From Fistulifera solaris (taxonomy: Eukaryota): DNA of 64,000 nt. The stretch is from assembly GCA_030295235.1 (NCBI GenBank), contig AP026127.1, positions 558,001 through 622,000 of the forward strand. Reading direction: 5' to 3'. Position 1 is the first letter of the stretch, and each line of letters begins with the position of its first letter. The translations under genes were made by a program, and so were the position numbers. The notes beneath the pieces were generated by a model. That model worked only from the letters and a program-made list of their open reading frames with translations, was not told the origin of the DNA and did no database searches. Positions 38,463 to 51,014 of the stretch are shown here, piece by piece.

Positions 38463-39885
38463 ATGGCAGCATCCAGTAGTCGAGGAACGTCGGTTTTGTT
38501 GATCCTCCTTGCCTTGCTAGGAATGATGGGAATGTTCTCCGACAGTATGACCGTGATGACTGCGACGAACGAAATGACTATTGAGACGAAGAGTGAAGAT
38601 GATCTAAAACCACGTCCTCCAAAGAAGCCCAAACATGAAATCGCCAATTTTCTTCCCAATGTGTTATCAGGGATGCTGGATGCTCATCCGTTTGACTTGC
38701 CGAACCGAGTCGCGGTTTCCTTGCGAGGAAATTCGACCTTTTTATCAGTCGGACAAACAATTCACTTTCTTCAACAACATTGTGACAAAGTTTCGGAATC
38801 TCTGTCATCGGCCGATTTTCGCGTGGGACTGTCGTTTCTTGAACTTCGACCGCGAGGGACGAGTATGTCGTTTCCTTCCATGGTCGAATATCTTGTTTTG
38901 GCCTATCAATCGTTGCATTCCTTGGCAGCTGCCTGTTCGGATACACCCACACATCGCCGACCCGAGCACTGGTCTTCTTTAAGAAAAGGAAATCCATCCG
39001 TTCACGTCCCGTGGATATACATTCCCACGCTGAGATATCAAAGGCATGGGGGACGTCTATTCGATGACGATCGACGCCGTCTTGCGCGCTTTTGTGAGCA
39101 CCGCAACGCGCAATCGACCGACTACCAAGTTTTTCGGATACGAGGCAAATGATGATAGCACTCGATCACAACTGGAACAACCTGCAGATCTACTTACGGC
39201 GCATCAGAAAGTTCAATCTCATGTGCGATACCACGAAATGGTGGCAACGGCCGATGCACTCATTTTACTGAAGAGTTCGAATGTGCCCAAGGACAACTTG
39301 TGGCTCGAAATGAATAATTTCCCCTTTGAAGAATGGCAGAATGATGTGCAAAAGGCATTAGAAAGTCTCACTCCGACGATTGAAAATAAACTGAACAAAA
39401 CAATTCTCTGCTATCTCGATCAACAAAACGACAAACAATACATGCTCCCCGTTGGTTATCACAAATTACTCAAGCAGCACTTTTCTATACACCGTGAAGT
39501 CGATCTGATAACGATTGATTCCGCCAATCCTCTGGATTTACTGTATCTTCGTGGTCGATGTCCCATCTTGATGGGTTCTCGGAGTCCGCTGCTATCGTCA
39601 ATCACTCTCTTTCTGCCACCCGGCACTAAAATCATTGAGCACGGGTGGGATCCCGAGCCTACTGCCTATGTTTCCGCTCAAGTACTCGCGCATGGACTCA
39701 ATTATCCGTACTTGAGAGTGTTTTGCGGCCAGATGGTCGACGTGGAGTCCAACCACGTACCCGACCCTCAACTGGATACAGAAATCTTGCGACAAATCAT
39801 GTTCAAGGGATTTGCGCCACTGGAAAACTTTTTAGGAGTTAAGCCTCTTCGCATTAAATCAGGCGGTAAACGTTTGAAAGAATGA
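38463..39885 (+). CDS. Type II membrane glycosyltransferase-61-like protein; frameshift near 39000
   Basis: N-terminal TM anchor; C-terminal LFLPPGTKIIE...LAHGLNYPY resembling the GT61 motif. Confidence 0.5.
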
Positions 39886-40059
39886 CTGACGAACAATAGA
39901 AATTTACTATCGTTTTCTTTCTGAAGATGACTCCAGATTTCAAGAATGTATAGATGGCATCGCTATGTCCCTCGATCTTAAATTGTAAAGATTCATAACG
40001 CAGAAACGTTTTGTAATTTACATTTTAGGGTTCAAAAGCGAATCATCACTCTTCTGAGA

Positions 40060-40658
40060 CTACCACAAGCCCCATTTTTTCATCACCATATCTGACGAAC
40101 TCTGTGCTTTCTTTTCTTCGGCTAACTGTCGTTCTAGTTCCTTCACTCGCAAGTCGAGCTTATGCAAAGCAGCTTGTAAAGCATCCCGTTCCGCTTTCGA
40201 GGCTTTTATTCGTTTCTCTTCCTTCTCTAAATCTTTCGCTTTACTCCGATTGTACTCCAACACGACCGTCGTCCCGGATACGAGCAGAATGAAAAATTCC
40301 CCAATAAACTCGGCTCCCGTTTTCATGGCATTCTCGTCTTCGAGAGGTTTGATTTCACGGACTTTGTATCCAGCGCTCCAAATGGTCATGCGACTCGACA
40401 CCTGATGCGAGGCTTGGCCAATGCCGATCAAGACGCGTTGGGTGGCCGCGTAGCGCGAGAATTCGTGTTTGATCCGTTTCGATAATGGCTTGGCCAGTGT
40501 TTTGACAAACAGTGAAGCTAATTTGGTGACTCTTTTGAAGGAGGCAATCAAATCAAAAGATAATCAACATATATGAGCTTGTGTAAAAGAGGAAAGCAGA
40601 AGAATTTCAAATGCGCCTTGAAGGACACAACAGGAACTTACGGAAGTGCAGTTGCCAT
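40060..40658 (-). CDS. OPA3: OPA3-like mitochondrial protein, one intron
   Basis: KLASLFVKTLAKPLSKRIK, IKPLEDENAMKTGAEFIGE, EYNRS plus coiled coil. Confidence 0.9.
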
Positions 40659-40833
40659 GGCTGCAAAAACAAAAGCGATCTGTAATTGATTTTTGGAAGG
40701 AGTGTTATTATCTGTTATTTTATCAACGTTATTGTTGCTGATTTTTATCATTCCTTTCATCGTTATGTCGCCGGCAATGAGTTTCGTCGGCGGCGGTCCA
40801 TCATTTTCTATCATGCGACATGCGCGTGTTTCC

Positions 40834-41440
40834 TGTTCCAGAAAATCTGGAAAAAATGTTTTGGGTCATACAGAGATTCTGTGGACGTTCCAAAATTCTG
40901 GAATAAGTGATGTGGGTCATACAGAAATTCTGTGGCTGTTCCAGAAAATCTGGAATCATCGGTTTTTTGGTTCATCAGGAGATTTTGCGGACGTTTCCAG
41001 AAAATCTGGAATGAATGAATCGGTGTTTTGGGTCATACGGAGTTTCTGTGGAAGTTCCAGAAAGTCTGGAATCGGTGGTTTGGGTAATACGGATATTCTG
41101 TGGGCGTTCCAGAAAATCTGGAATCACTGTTATGGGTTGTGGACGTTCCAGAAAATCTGTAATCGGTGGTTTAGGTCACACAGAGATTCTGTAGACGTTC
41201 CAGAAAATCTGGAATTACTGTTTTGGGTCATACGGAGATTCTGTGGACGTTCCAGAAAATCCGGAATCGGTGTTTTTAGTCATACTGAGATTCTGGGGAC
41301 GTTCCCGAAATCTGGAATGAACGAATCGGTGTTTTGGGTCATACGGAGATTCTGTGGACGTTCAAGAAAATCTGGAAGTGGTGTTTCTATTAATACTTAG
41401 ACTAGAGTTTGTTTTTTAAAGGAAAATTCTGGAATCGGTG
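40834..41440. repeat. Degenerate minisatellite, ~50-58-bp unit with TTCCAGAAAATCTGGAAT core
   Basis: About 11 units of TTCCAGAAAATCTGGAATCGGTGTTTTGGGTCATACGGAGATTCTGTGGACG. Confidence 0.9.
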
Positions 41441-41465
41441 TTAAAGTAAACAAAAACCGAAACTA

Positions 41466-42153
41466 TTATTCAGTTACACGCATTTCATAAACTTCATCGC
41501 GCAACAAATGCACTCGTTGAATCTCTGTGGACGAACCCGAACTTCCATTATTCGATTCATGACGACGACTCTCATTGTTCGGCGCCATGAGCAAAGCCAC
41601 CTTATCGCCTAACCAAACTACCGCCGAACCAACCCCTAGCACGAAACGCTCAATCAAGTTGTGACGATGTACATAATCCGCCGTCGCACGGTATCCCTTC
41701 AAGAGACCCTGCTTCGTTTTTTTCCAAAATATGATGTTTCTCATCGGCTTCCTTGGCGCGCTGCCACAAGTTCGCGGCAGCCTGTTGCGATTCTTCCACA
41801 ATATTGTACTGCTCATCCAACTGTTTGGCTTTGTGATGTACCAACAAAGCCACTTCACCGACCGCACGCGCGGTATCGCGAAGGCCGGACGCATTCGGTT
41901 GTTCGCAGGCAAACTTGGCCCCCACACCCAAAACCACCGCCAAGATAGGCCCGCCGACCAAACAGCCCACGACGGCGGAACCGATACCGGCGGCTTTGGC
42001 GAGTCGTTGTTCTTCGAAAGCTGCATCGTGAGTATCATTCATTTGTTCGGCATTCACAATGACATCGTTTTCGTCGACGACGACAGTACTCGGTTCATTC
42101 GTCGATACGAGAGTGAACTCAAAGCTATCGTCTGACTTTTTGGATTGCGTCAT
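41466..42153 (-). CDS. Hypothetical membrane-associated protein; frameshift near 41720
   Basis: ORFs 41650-42153 and 41466-42038 join; Gly/Ala-rich hydrophobic hairpin GCLVGGPILAVVLGVG. Confidence 0.65.
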
Positions 42154-42642
42154 CTTCGTAAAGATGTTTTATGAAAAGAGCACTACTGTATGAAGAATGA
42201 AAGAACAAATACAAGTAAATGCACCTTGTTCTTTCATGTTCTGGTCAAAGATTTTGGCTTCGGTACGAATAAAATGAAGGCACCTCCACGACTTAATGTC
42301 ATTACAATAAGGTTCAGTGTAAGGGCTCGTCCGTCGTCCGCTCTTTGCGCGCAGCCAATGCGCGCAGCCGCAGGAAAACCGAAGTCACTAATAAAATGAG
42401 TCATGAATGAATCAGTTTGCGCTCTTCCCGCCGTCGTGTTGAGATGCGCGCGATGCGATCGATGATGCCAACCATCCGTCGATTATTGGCATCGAATGCG
42501 AATTCTGTCCTAAAGGAGAAGAGTTTCTTGTCTCTATTCAAGTCGATCTTTTGCAACCTTGACATTTGCAACAAGGAAAGAAGGGAAAATCAACAAGAAA
42601 CGACAAAGAGGTCCTTTGTTTGTGTGAGCGTGCCCCCGTGTC

Positions 42643-45239
42643 ATGACGAAGACGGCAGCACTTACCATTCGCGCCGTAGTATTTTGCTTGTGGCTCATGA
42701 TACGAAGCATTCATTGTTTCCAACTCAAACAGACATCACCTCGTACACTGACTAGAATCATGTCCACCCAAATCTCCAATCTAATACCCAGCAATCAAGA
42801 GCTGGTGCAACAGCGATTGCAGGTAGCGCGCGAAAAGCGAGCAGCACGCACGCGGTCGATTCAACAAATCCAGGAACGGAATATGCATCTCAAAAACATA
42901 CTTCATTCCAACCAAACAGTACCCATGTATGCGGTCAAAGTCACCGTTTGTGATGAGTTGAGAGACGAACTCAAATTGAGTGGACGGGAAAAGAGAGGAC
43001 GCGTGTTCTTTGAATCACAGTCCGACGCGGTGCGATCCTTGAAAGGACTGCGGTTTGAATTGCATGCCTTCTTTCGGGCGTTACGAAAAGGGAGTTTTAT
43101 GTTGTCGGCTGGATATCCCTTGGTAGAAGAAGATGGGACAATCAGCAGCAGCAAGACCGTGGATGATGTGTTATGGAAGATTGAATCCGATCAAGACGTG
43201 ATTGATACGTTCCAGAAAGCTGATTCGTTTTTCCAAGACAATACTTCTACTTTAAAACGACCGTCAATTGTAATCAAAGTACAAAAAGATCCGAATGCTG
43301 CTCCACCGCCACCTCCTCCCGCATACCTGCAAAATATGCCCGATCCGGCTAGCAGCCCGACGATAACTATGCTATCGTTCTACTCGTTTCCTCCTGGAGG
43401 AGTGGCTAATCCGGAAGACTTTGCGAATCTGTTGCGGAAAGCATGGAAGCCCTTTCAAGCCTTGGGTCGTATTTACGTCGCAAGGGAAGGTATTAATGCT
43501 CAAATGAGTGTTCCAACCAATGTATTGGACAATTTTATGGCATGCTGTCAAAGTATTCCTGAGTTGGGATCGTACATGGAAAATGGAATCAATATTGACC
43601 CCATTCCGTTGACACGTGACGAATTTGCGACCGCAGGAACACCCGCGGCAGGTGGTGAGCCCGCACCACCGTTCATGGGTCTCCACGTCCGCGTGCGCCG
43701 ACAGATCGTGGCCGATGGTTTGGACGAGTCGTTGGATTGGCAATCTGCGGGATATGACATGCCGCCCCTGGAGTGGCATCAAAAATTAAAGGAAGAAAAG
43801 GATAATCTGGTCCTTTTAGATTGTCGCAATACATACGAGACCGACGTCGGTCGCTTTGAAGGAGCAGAACCGTTGGGAACGGAAAACTTTCGAGACAGCT
43901 GGGCCGTTTTGGAAGATCGTCTCAAAGACCTTCCTAAAGATACCCCTATTTATGGTTATTGCACGGGTGGCATTCGATGCGTCAAAGTTGGCGCTTATGT
44001 GACACAAAAGATGGGCTTTAAGAATTTCACTCGTCTCGCTGGAGGTATCGTAGCGTACGATCGAACATTACAAGAGGAAGCTCCAACAGAAGAACCACTT
44101 TTTAAAGGCACCAATTTTGTCTTCGACGGGCGTCTAGGTCGACCTATTACAGAAGATTCACTGGGAACTTGTTTAACATGCGGAGGAGAGACATCTTTGG
44201 TGAGCAACTGTCGCAATGAGAACTGTCACAAACGTATGATTCAATGTGAAAACTGCAGGACTTCATTTCTGGGAACTTGTTCCGATGCGTGTCGACATCG
44301 CCTAGTTCGAGGAACTTCTGTCTCTATTACATCGCGACCAGAGGAAAGCAAAGTGTCGTTCAAAAATCTAGAGGACTATAGCTCGGGACACAGTTCGCCG
44401 ACGCCCACTGTGTACAAAGAGATCGAGTTCAATACCAAATCGCTTATTCCTTCTGGGTCCCATATGATATCAGGAGACGCTCAAGGTCGTCTACTGGCAC
44501 AACTTACCTCCATGACACGAGAAGGGCGTGTGTTGGAGCTCGGGACATTTACCGGGTACAGCACGATTTGTCTCATCGAGGGAGCAGGGAACGTGGCCAA
44601 GATAACGGGGCAAAAGGTACCAGAGAATCTGGTCCATTTGTGCTGACGATGGAACGAGATTCAAAAGCATTCAATGTTGCTACTGCTCACGTCAAGGCTG
44701 TGGCTGAACACGGTTTATTTGAAGCGGGCGCAGAAGCGATATGCAGCTTCCGGGGAGCCGATGTTCCATCTATAACGTCAAGCACTGTATCATTGTTGTA
44801 TGAAGAGTCGGTTGGTGTCGAACTTCGTCGTGTCTCGGATGCCCTGGCTGCCGTTGAAAGCATTGCAAATGGAGCAGAGGAGGATCTCTCTGCTTTCGAT
44901 CTGGTCTTTGTTGATGCGGACAAAACACGTTTACTGGACTACGTAGAGGCATGCTTGTTGAACGATCGTGTTTTGAAGAAAGGGGGTCTAATTGTTGTAG
45001 ACAATGTTCTCTGGAAGGGTTTGGTTTTGGATGCCAGTCGACACGATAGCTTCTCCTCGGCATCCGATGACGATGACGAGGATTCCGATGAAGAAACAGC
45101 GGAACTCCGCAGGAATCGACGAGCTAGAAAGCTAGCTAACAAAATGCATAGATTCAATGCAGCAATTGCCCAAGACAAGCGCGTTGAAGTATTGGTAATT
45201 CCAGTGCGGGATGGTTTAAGCGTCATCCGAAAAAAGTAA
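42643..45239 (+). CDS. Fusion of TrhO/YceA (UPF0176) tRNA U34 hydroxylase with a Methyltransf_3-type O-methyltransferase; plastid presequence; one frameshift at the G-run ~44607-44610
   Basis: GRIYVAREGINAQ, LDCRNTYETDVGRF, YCTGGIRCVK, FVFDGR, Cys-rich tail; then MISGDAQGRLL, VLELGTFTGYS, FDLVFVDADK, GGLIVVDNVLWKG, PVRDGLS. Confidence 0.9.
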
Positions 45240-45692
45240 TACTCCCTATAAATTTTTGGTTGGGTTAGGTGAAAAAAAATTTGTGCAAGGAAAAAAATCT
45301 TATTCGCAAACGAAGAAAAGAATAGCCGAAGAAGTGTTTTATCAAGGAGTAGTTAACAAACAATGCTATCCACTAGATTATAATTCCAGATAATCCCCAT
45401 GATAATTTTTTTCTCAACTTTTGAAACGCATCTCTAGATTTACTATGGCCGTAAGTGTAGATTACTTTTTTCCCGACTGAATTCCAGTCCTCAGTTTAGC
45501 GTCATCACGCATCACGCATTGGCGCATTGCGCATTTCGGTAGTCTTTATCCGTTATGCACCATTGTTATTCATAAATCACCATTTTTACATGATATATCA
45601 TGATATTTGTTACCTTTGTTCCTATTGCTGCCATGCTTGGTCATCTGAGAGGGTCAATCTACAGCAGCAGAAGGACAAACGATTTTAAACCA

Positions 45693-45945
45693 ATGATGGC
45701 TGATCATTCGAACAATGACGGCGATTTTTTGACGACTCAAGAAGCACAGATCTATTTTCCCACAGGACCCTTGACCCCTGAGCGTAAAGAGCTTTCGCAA
45801 TATATTCAACAACTCAAGGCCGAAAGGAAAGGCGATGATGTTAACGAAAAAGGCGGCCGTGCATGTACAGGAGAGCCGCGCGTAGACCCATCCCGACAAA
45901 TTCAACCCAATCAGGGGGGACTCGGAATGGGTCGATGATTGGTAA
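45693..45945 (+). CDS. Small hypothetical protein (possible frameshift)
   Basis: MMADHSNND...YFPTGPLTPERKELSQYIQQLK; alternative-frame end HPDKFNPIRGDSEWVDDW*. Confidence 0.35.
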
Positions 45946-46122
45946 AATTTTTCGAGAGAACTAGTTTGGGTTATCTGGCTTGAGACATTTGCATTGGCAG
46001 CGCAAAAAAGTCTTATATAATCGATCATACTGAAATGATATCACATTAGCACAACGAAAGAATCGATAAACTGAGTGACACAGGCGGCCTATGTTCCATA
46101 TTACGTTGGATTGCCGGGTATA

Positions 46123-47129
46123 CTATACATTATCGTCACAAGAATGAAAGGCGGTGGGTGCAGTACTCGAGGCTTTCGGATTCCTCACATTTTGCCCCGG
46201 TGGACTCAACAACACCTGACGAATGCCTGCCGGATGTTTCCCTAACGGCCAGGGCATTGCAAAGGAACGATAAATGCAGTTGGCAATGTGAAGTAGGGTT
46301 TTTGCAGCGCTTTACCGGATCCGGGCATGACGGAAAGCGGCTGCTCTCGAGGTTGCAACGGGCTAAAGATAGGATCACAAACCACCGGGGAGTCTCGGTT
46401 CATTTCGCGATGCTCGACGATTTTCGACAGAGTGTTCAAAAGCAATGCCTGCATGACATCTTTGGCAAACTGGTGATTGGCTATTCTGCGGATCGCCGAC
46501 CGAGAAAAGCGAAAGAATTGTGTCTTTTCCAGAGTCCGACAACGTAAATTGACTTTGACAAAGATACTCGAATTATCGAAGAAGCCGACATGCGCAATAT
46601 CAAACATTTCCGCCGAGCCGAGAATTCTGTCTACCTTCAAATCTGTTGAAGAACCGTCGTAGATCTTGAGACTGACTTGACCATGATAAATAATATAAAA
46701 GTAATGCTCCGTTGGAATATCCTCATCACTACCGAGGGTGACGAATTCCATGTCTGGCGCTACAATGGTCTTGAAAAGACGTCGGGATAATCCTCCCGTA
46801 CGATAAAATAAGCACCACAAGGCTTCTTCATTTTCATTCAGCGCCACGTAGCGTTCATCATTCAGAAGATTGACAAGCGAAGTGCCGTGCACGTAAAGTC
46901 CCACCACGGCCCAGATCAAGCTATCCAACGGCAAGCCATCGGCTTTACTGTCACCCCACAGTGGCGAACCAAGTAGCAAATTAAGAAGAAGCATCAAATA
47001 TGCAGCAAAGAGGAAGAGGCGAATAACCAGCAAGTCACCGTGCATGCCGGAAAGCATAAAGAACAAACTCGCAAGCTGCATCCATATTGACAATGGCGTG
47101 TAAATGGATTTCGCCGCCATTTCACTCAA
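46123..47129 (-). CDS. Popeye-domain (POPDC-like) membrane protein with cNMP-binding-like domain; frameshift near 46290
   Basis: Three N-terminal TM helices (QLASLFFML...DLLVIRLFL...IWAVVGLYVH), then EEALW..FY..GLSRRLF and FYIIYHGQV. Confidence 0.75.
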
Positions 47130-47459
47130 TCGGTAAGCTTATTCACTTGTTAAGATTAAAGCCCTGTGACAAGATTTTGAAGGAAAGGCATTGCTCTCAT
47201 TATTTTTTGTTCGAATTCTGCTTCTCATCATTCATTCCGTTTTTTTTTTCCATCATCACGCAAAAGATTTTTAAAGGCGAAAAAGGTTTAGAGTTGAGGG
47301 GACTATAGGTATCGCAGTATGACTTTCTCTTTTCCAAAATCTTATGCGAGCTGTTCTCATCACAGAAAGTCGCAGAAAAACGGTTCGCAACTTCGAAACT
47401 CCATGGGTCTTCGCCACATTTTGCGTTTCAAGTCACACAAAAACACAATTACATGAAGA

Positions 47460-48119
47460 ATGCCTTTGTTATTGTGGAAACAAATTAGAAGAGTACCAGC
47501 ATCGAACATCACTAAAATGTCGTTATTCTCCGGTAATCCTCAACACGATCTACGTCCCGAATGGACTACTCCCAAGAAGGAGGGCGACAAGGTGCCCGAT
47601 GTTCACTTTGTGACGCGAGTTCGCGAAGGCGGCCAATATGAGTGGAAGACGGTCTCGACGTCTCACTACTGCGCCGGAAAACGCATCGTCATTTTCGCGC
47701 TTCCCGGAGCTTTCACGCCTACTTGCAGCACTTCGCATTTGCCCGGATATCATGAGAAGTATGAGGAGATCAAAAAGCAAGGCATTGATGAGGTCTACTG
47801 CCTATCCGTGAACGATGCCTTTGTGATGCGCAAGTGGGCCCTTTCGCTCGGTTTGAAGGAAGAAAACGGTGTCTTTACGACCGTCAAGTTGATTCCCGAT
47901 GGAGCGTGTGCGTTCACTCGTGGTATGGGCATGTCCAATGTTTGGTCGATGGAGCGTGGCTTTGGTGAGCGATCGTGGCGTTACAGTATGGTGGTGAAAG
48001 ATTGTGTCATTGAGAAGATGTTTGTGGAGCCGGGAAGGCAGCAGAATTCGGGCCCGGATCCTTTTGAAGTGAGCGACGCCGATACTATGCTCAACTATCT
48101 CAAGTCTACCAGCTCTTAA
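47460..48119 (+). CDS. Peroxiredoxin, Prx5/type II class
   Basis: IFALPGAFTPTCSTSHLPGY, YCLSVNDAFVM, RSWRYSM, FEVSDA. Confidence 0.95.
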   Translation: MPLLLWKQIRRVPASNITKMSLFSGNPQHDLRPEWTTPKKEGDKVPDVHFVTRVREGGQYEWKTVSTSHYCAGKRIVIFALPGAFTPTCSTSHLPGYHEKYEEIKKQGIDEVYCLSVNDAFVMRKWALSLGLKEENGVFTTVKLIPDGACAFTRGMGMSNVWSMERGFGERSWRYSMVVKDCVIEKMFVEPGRQQNSGPDPFEVSDADTMLNYLKSTSS

Positions 48120-48731
48120 GTCCTTTAGAGAGCCGCTGAGACGAAGGGACAAAAAGAAGGCGGAATATTATTCATGTTTTAACGAACTACACCACTTACT
48201 ATGTACATCAAATTTCAATTCTTTAGCCAGGTCTATCTGACAAGATCGAATGTGGCTTGTACCATGAAAGCTAAACTTATTCATTTGATTTTTATGTTTT
48301 TAATTGTGTGCGAGTTTCGCTGCCTAGTTCGGGACTGAGTCCCAGATGAGTCGTCACATCGAGTCTCCATTCAACTTTGTATAAGCGAATAATCGACGGT
48401 CGCTTTTCTCGAAGCGCTCCAGCAAAACTAGTTGAGAGCAGTCGCATCGATTACCTTCCATGCTAGTACTTGTGGCATTGGACGTGCAAAGTACCTGTAT
48501 GCAGAATAATTTTAGTTCAATATTGAGGTCATTCTGTCCAGGACTAGATTCTATTTGAGTTTACCATAGTAATCTTGGATTTTCACGACTGTCCTTCTGT
48601 CCTCAAATGGCCAAGTGCCACCTGGAACCTCGACCACGAAATCGACAAAAACATACTCACAACATCAATGACGACGAAAGCAAGCATTATTATAATATAA
48701 ATAATCAAGGCTTAACAACACACAACTTATC

Positions 48732-49382
48732 ATGTTCAAGATATCATTGGCTTTTTTCCTAGCTTGTCTTGTAGCTACAGCTACATGCAATCCTCAACAT
48801 GAGCTAGCGGTAGACTGGACGACTCCGAAGAAAGAGGGCGACATGCTCCCCGAGGTCGATTTTATTACCCGAGTTCAAGAAGGAGAGGAATTTGCATGGA
48901 AGACTGTGTCGACGTCGCACTACTGTGCGAACAAACGCATCGTTATCTTCGCTCTTCCGGGTGCCTTCACGCCGACCTGCAGCGCTTCGCATTTACCCGG
49001 GTATCATACCAATTATGCCGATATCAAACAAGCGGGTATTGATGAAGTGTATTGTTTGTCTGTAAATGATGCCTTTGTCATGCGACAATGGGGACTGGCG
49101 ATGGATCTAACTGAAGAGAATGGTGACTTTACCACCGTTAAGATGATTCCCGATGGTGCTGCTGCTTTCACTCGCGGCATGGGCATGTCCACCGTTTGGT
49201 CGTCCGAGCGCGGTTTCGGTGAACGCTCATGGCGCTACAGCATGGTGGTGAAGGATTGCGTTATCGAAAAGATGTTTGTAGAACAGCCGATGCTGCAAAA
49301 CTCGGGCCCCGATCCTTACGAAGTGAGCGATGCCGATACCATGCTTCGATACTTAAAATCGAACGGCTTGGACGAATTGTAG
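48732..49382 (+). CDS. Peroxiredoxin, Prx5/type II class, with signal peptide and C-terminal DEL
   Basis: Same motifs as the upstream paralogue; MFKISLAFFLACLVATATC; ends GLDEL. Confidence 0.95.
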   Translation: MFKISLAFFLACLVATATCNPQHELAVDWTTPKKEGDMLPEVDFITRVQEGEEFAWKTVSTSHYCANKRIVIFALPGAFTPTCSASHLPGYHTNYADIKQAGIDEVYCLSVNDAFVMRQWGLAMDLTEENGDFTTVKMIPDGAAAFTRGMGMSTVWSSERGFGERSWRYSMVVKDCVIEKMFVEQPMLQNSGPDPYEVSDADTMLRYLKSNGLDEL

Positions 49383-49420
49383 AATGAATAAAGGAAACTT
49401 TATGTAGGTGAGATGATAAA

Positions 49421-51014
49421 TTAAAAGTTTCTTTTTTTTTTACGTCGAAAATCCGAGGATCGCCACTTTGATTTTTTTACTATGAAACGGAGTGTTGGTT
49501 TACGGCAGCCAAGACTAGATTGTACAGTAGTCATGAGTCATGAACCGAACAACAAAGGGTTTCGTTTTGCGTCTCTCGCATCCGTCCATTGTCAATCAAC
49601 TGCGAATATAATTATAATTACGGGTAGTTAAAGTCGCAACAATGATGATTCTGAACTACTTGCTAAAAGTTTCTTTTTTTTTTACGTCGAAAATCCGAGG
49701 ATCGACACTTGATTTTTTACTATGGAACGGAGTGTTGGTTTACGGCAGCCAAGACTGGATTGTACAGTAGTCATGAGTCATGAACCGAACAACAAAGGGT
49801 TCCGTTTTGCGTCTCTCGCATCCGTCCATTGTCATTCAACTGCGAAAAAATTATATTCACGGGTAGTTAAAGTCGAAACAATGATGATTCTGAATTACTT
49901 GTTAAAAGTTTCTTTTTTTTTTACGTCGAAAATCCGAGGATCGACACTTTGATTTTTTTTACTATGAGATGGAGTGTTGGTTTACGGCAGCCAAGACTGG
50001 ATTGCACAGTAGTCATGAGTCATGAACTGAACAACAAAGGGTTCCGTTACTGCGAAAAAATTATATTCACGGGTAGTTAAAGTCGAAACAATGATGATTC
50101 TGAATTACTCCGTACTTGTTAAAAGTTTCTTTTATTTTTACGTCGAAAATCCGAGGATCGACACTTTGATTTTTTTTACTATGAAACGGAGTGTTGGTTT
50201 ACGGCAGCCAAGACTGGATTGTACAGTAGTCATGAGTCATGAACCGAACAGCAAAGGGTTCCGTTTTGCGTCTCTCGCATCCGTCCATTGTCATTCAACT
50301 GCGAATATAATTATAATTACGGGTAGTTAAAGTCGCAACAATGATGATTCTGAACTACTTGCTAAAAGTTTCTTTTTTTTTACGTCGAAAATCCGAGGAT
50401 CGACACTTTGATTTTTTTACTATGAGATGGAGTGTTGGTTTACGGCAGCCAAGACTGGATTGCACAGTAGTCATGATTCATGAACTGAACAACAAAGGGT
50501 TCCGTTACTGCGAAAAAATTATATTCACGGGTTATTATGAAGTCGAAACAATGATGATTCTGAATTACTCCGTACTTGTTAAAAGTTTCTTTTTTTTACG
50601 TCGAAAATCCGAGGATCGACACTTTGATTTTTTTACTATGAAATGGAGTGTTGGTTTACGGCAGCCAAGACTGGATTGTACAGTAGTCATGAGTCATGAA
50701 CCGAACAGCAAAGGGTTCCGTTTTGCGTCTCTCGCATCCGTCCATTGTCATTCAACTGCCAATATAATTATAATTAAGGGTAGTTAAAGTCGCAACAATG
50801 ATGATTCTGAACTACTTGCTAAAAGTTTCTTTTATTTTCACGTCGAAATTCAGAGGACCGACACCTTGATTTGTTACTATAAAACGGAGTGTTGGTTTAC
50901 GGCAGCCAAGACTGGATTGTACAGTAGTCATGAACCGAACAACAAATAAGCGCTCCTTTTTGCGTCTCTCGCATCCGTCCATTGTCATTCAACTGCGATT
51001 AAAATTATAATTAC
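49421..51014. repeat. Tandem satellite, about 6.7 units of ~242 and ~217 bp
   Basis: (T/C)ACGTCGAAA landmarks at 49441, 49683, 49922, 50139, 50381, 50597 and 50839. Confidence 0.97.

Noticed and set aside
40693..41400. ORFs over minisatellites and the satellite (also 8368-8888, 49722-50787, 63427-63856)
   Set aside because: Translations of non-coding repeats, open in several frames
49640..49655. ATGATGA and CTGA in each satellite unit as C/D snoRNA boxes
   Set aside because: The boxes are only 2 nt apart in C-then-D order, with no terminal stem or guide evident
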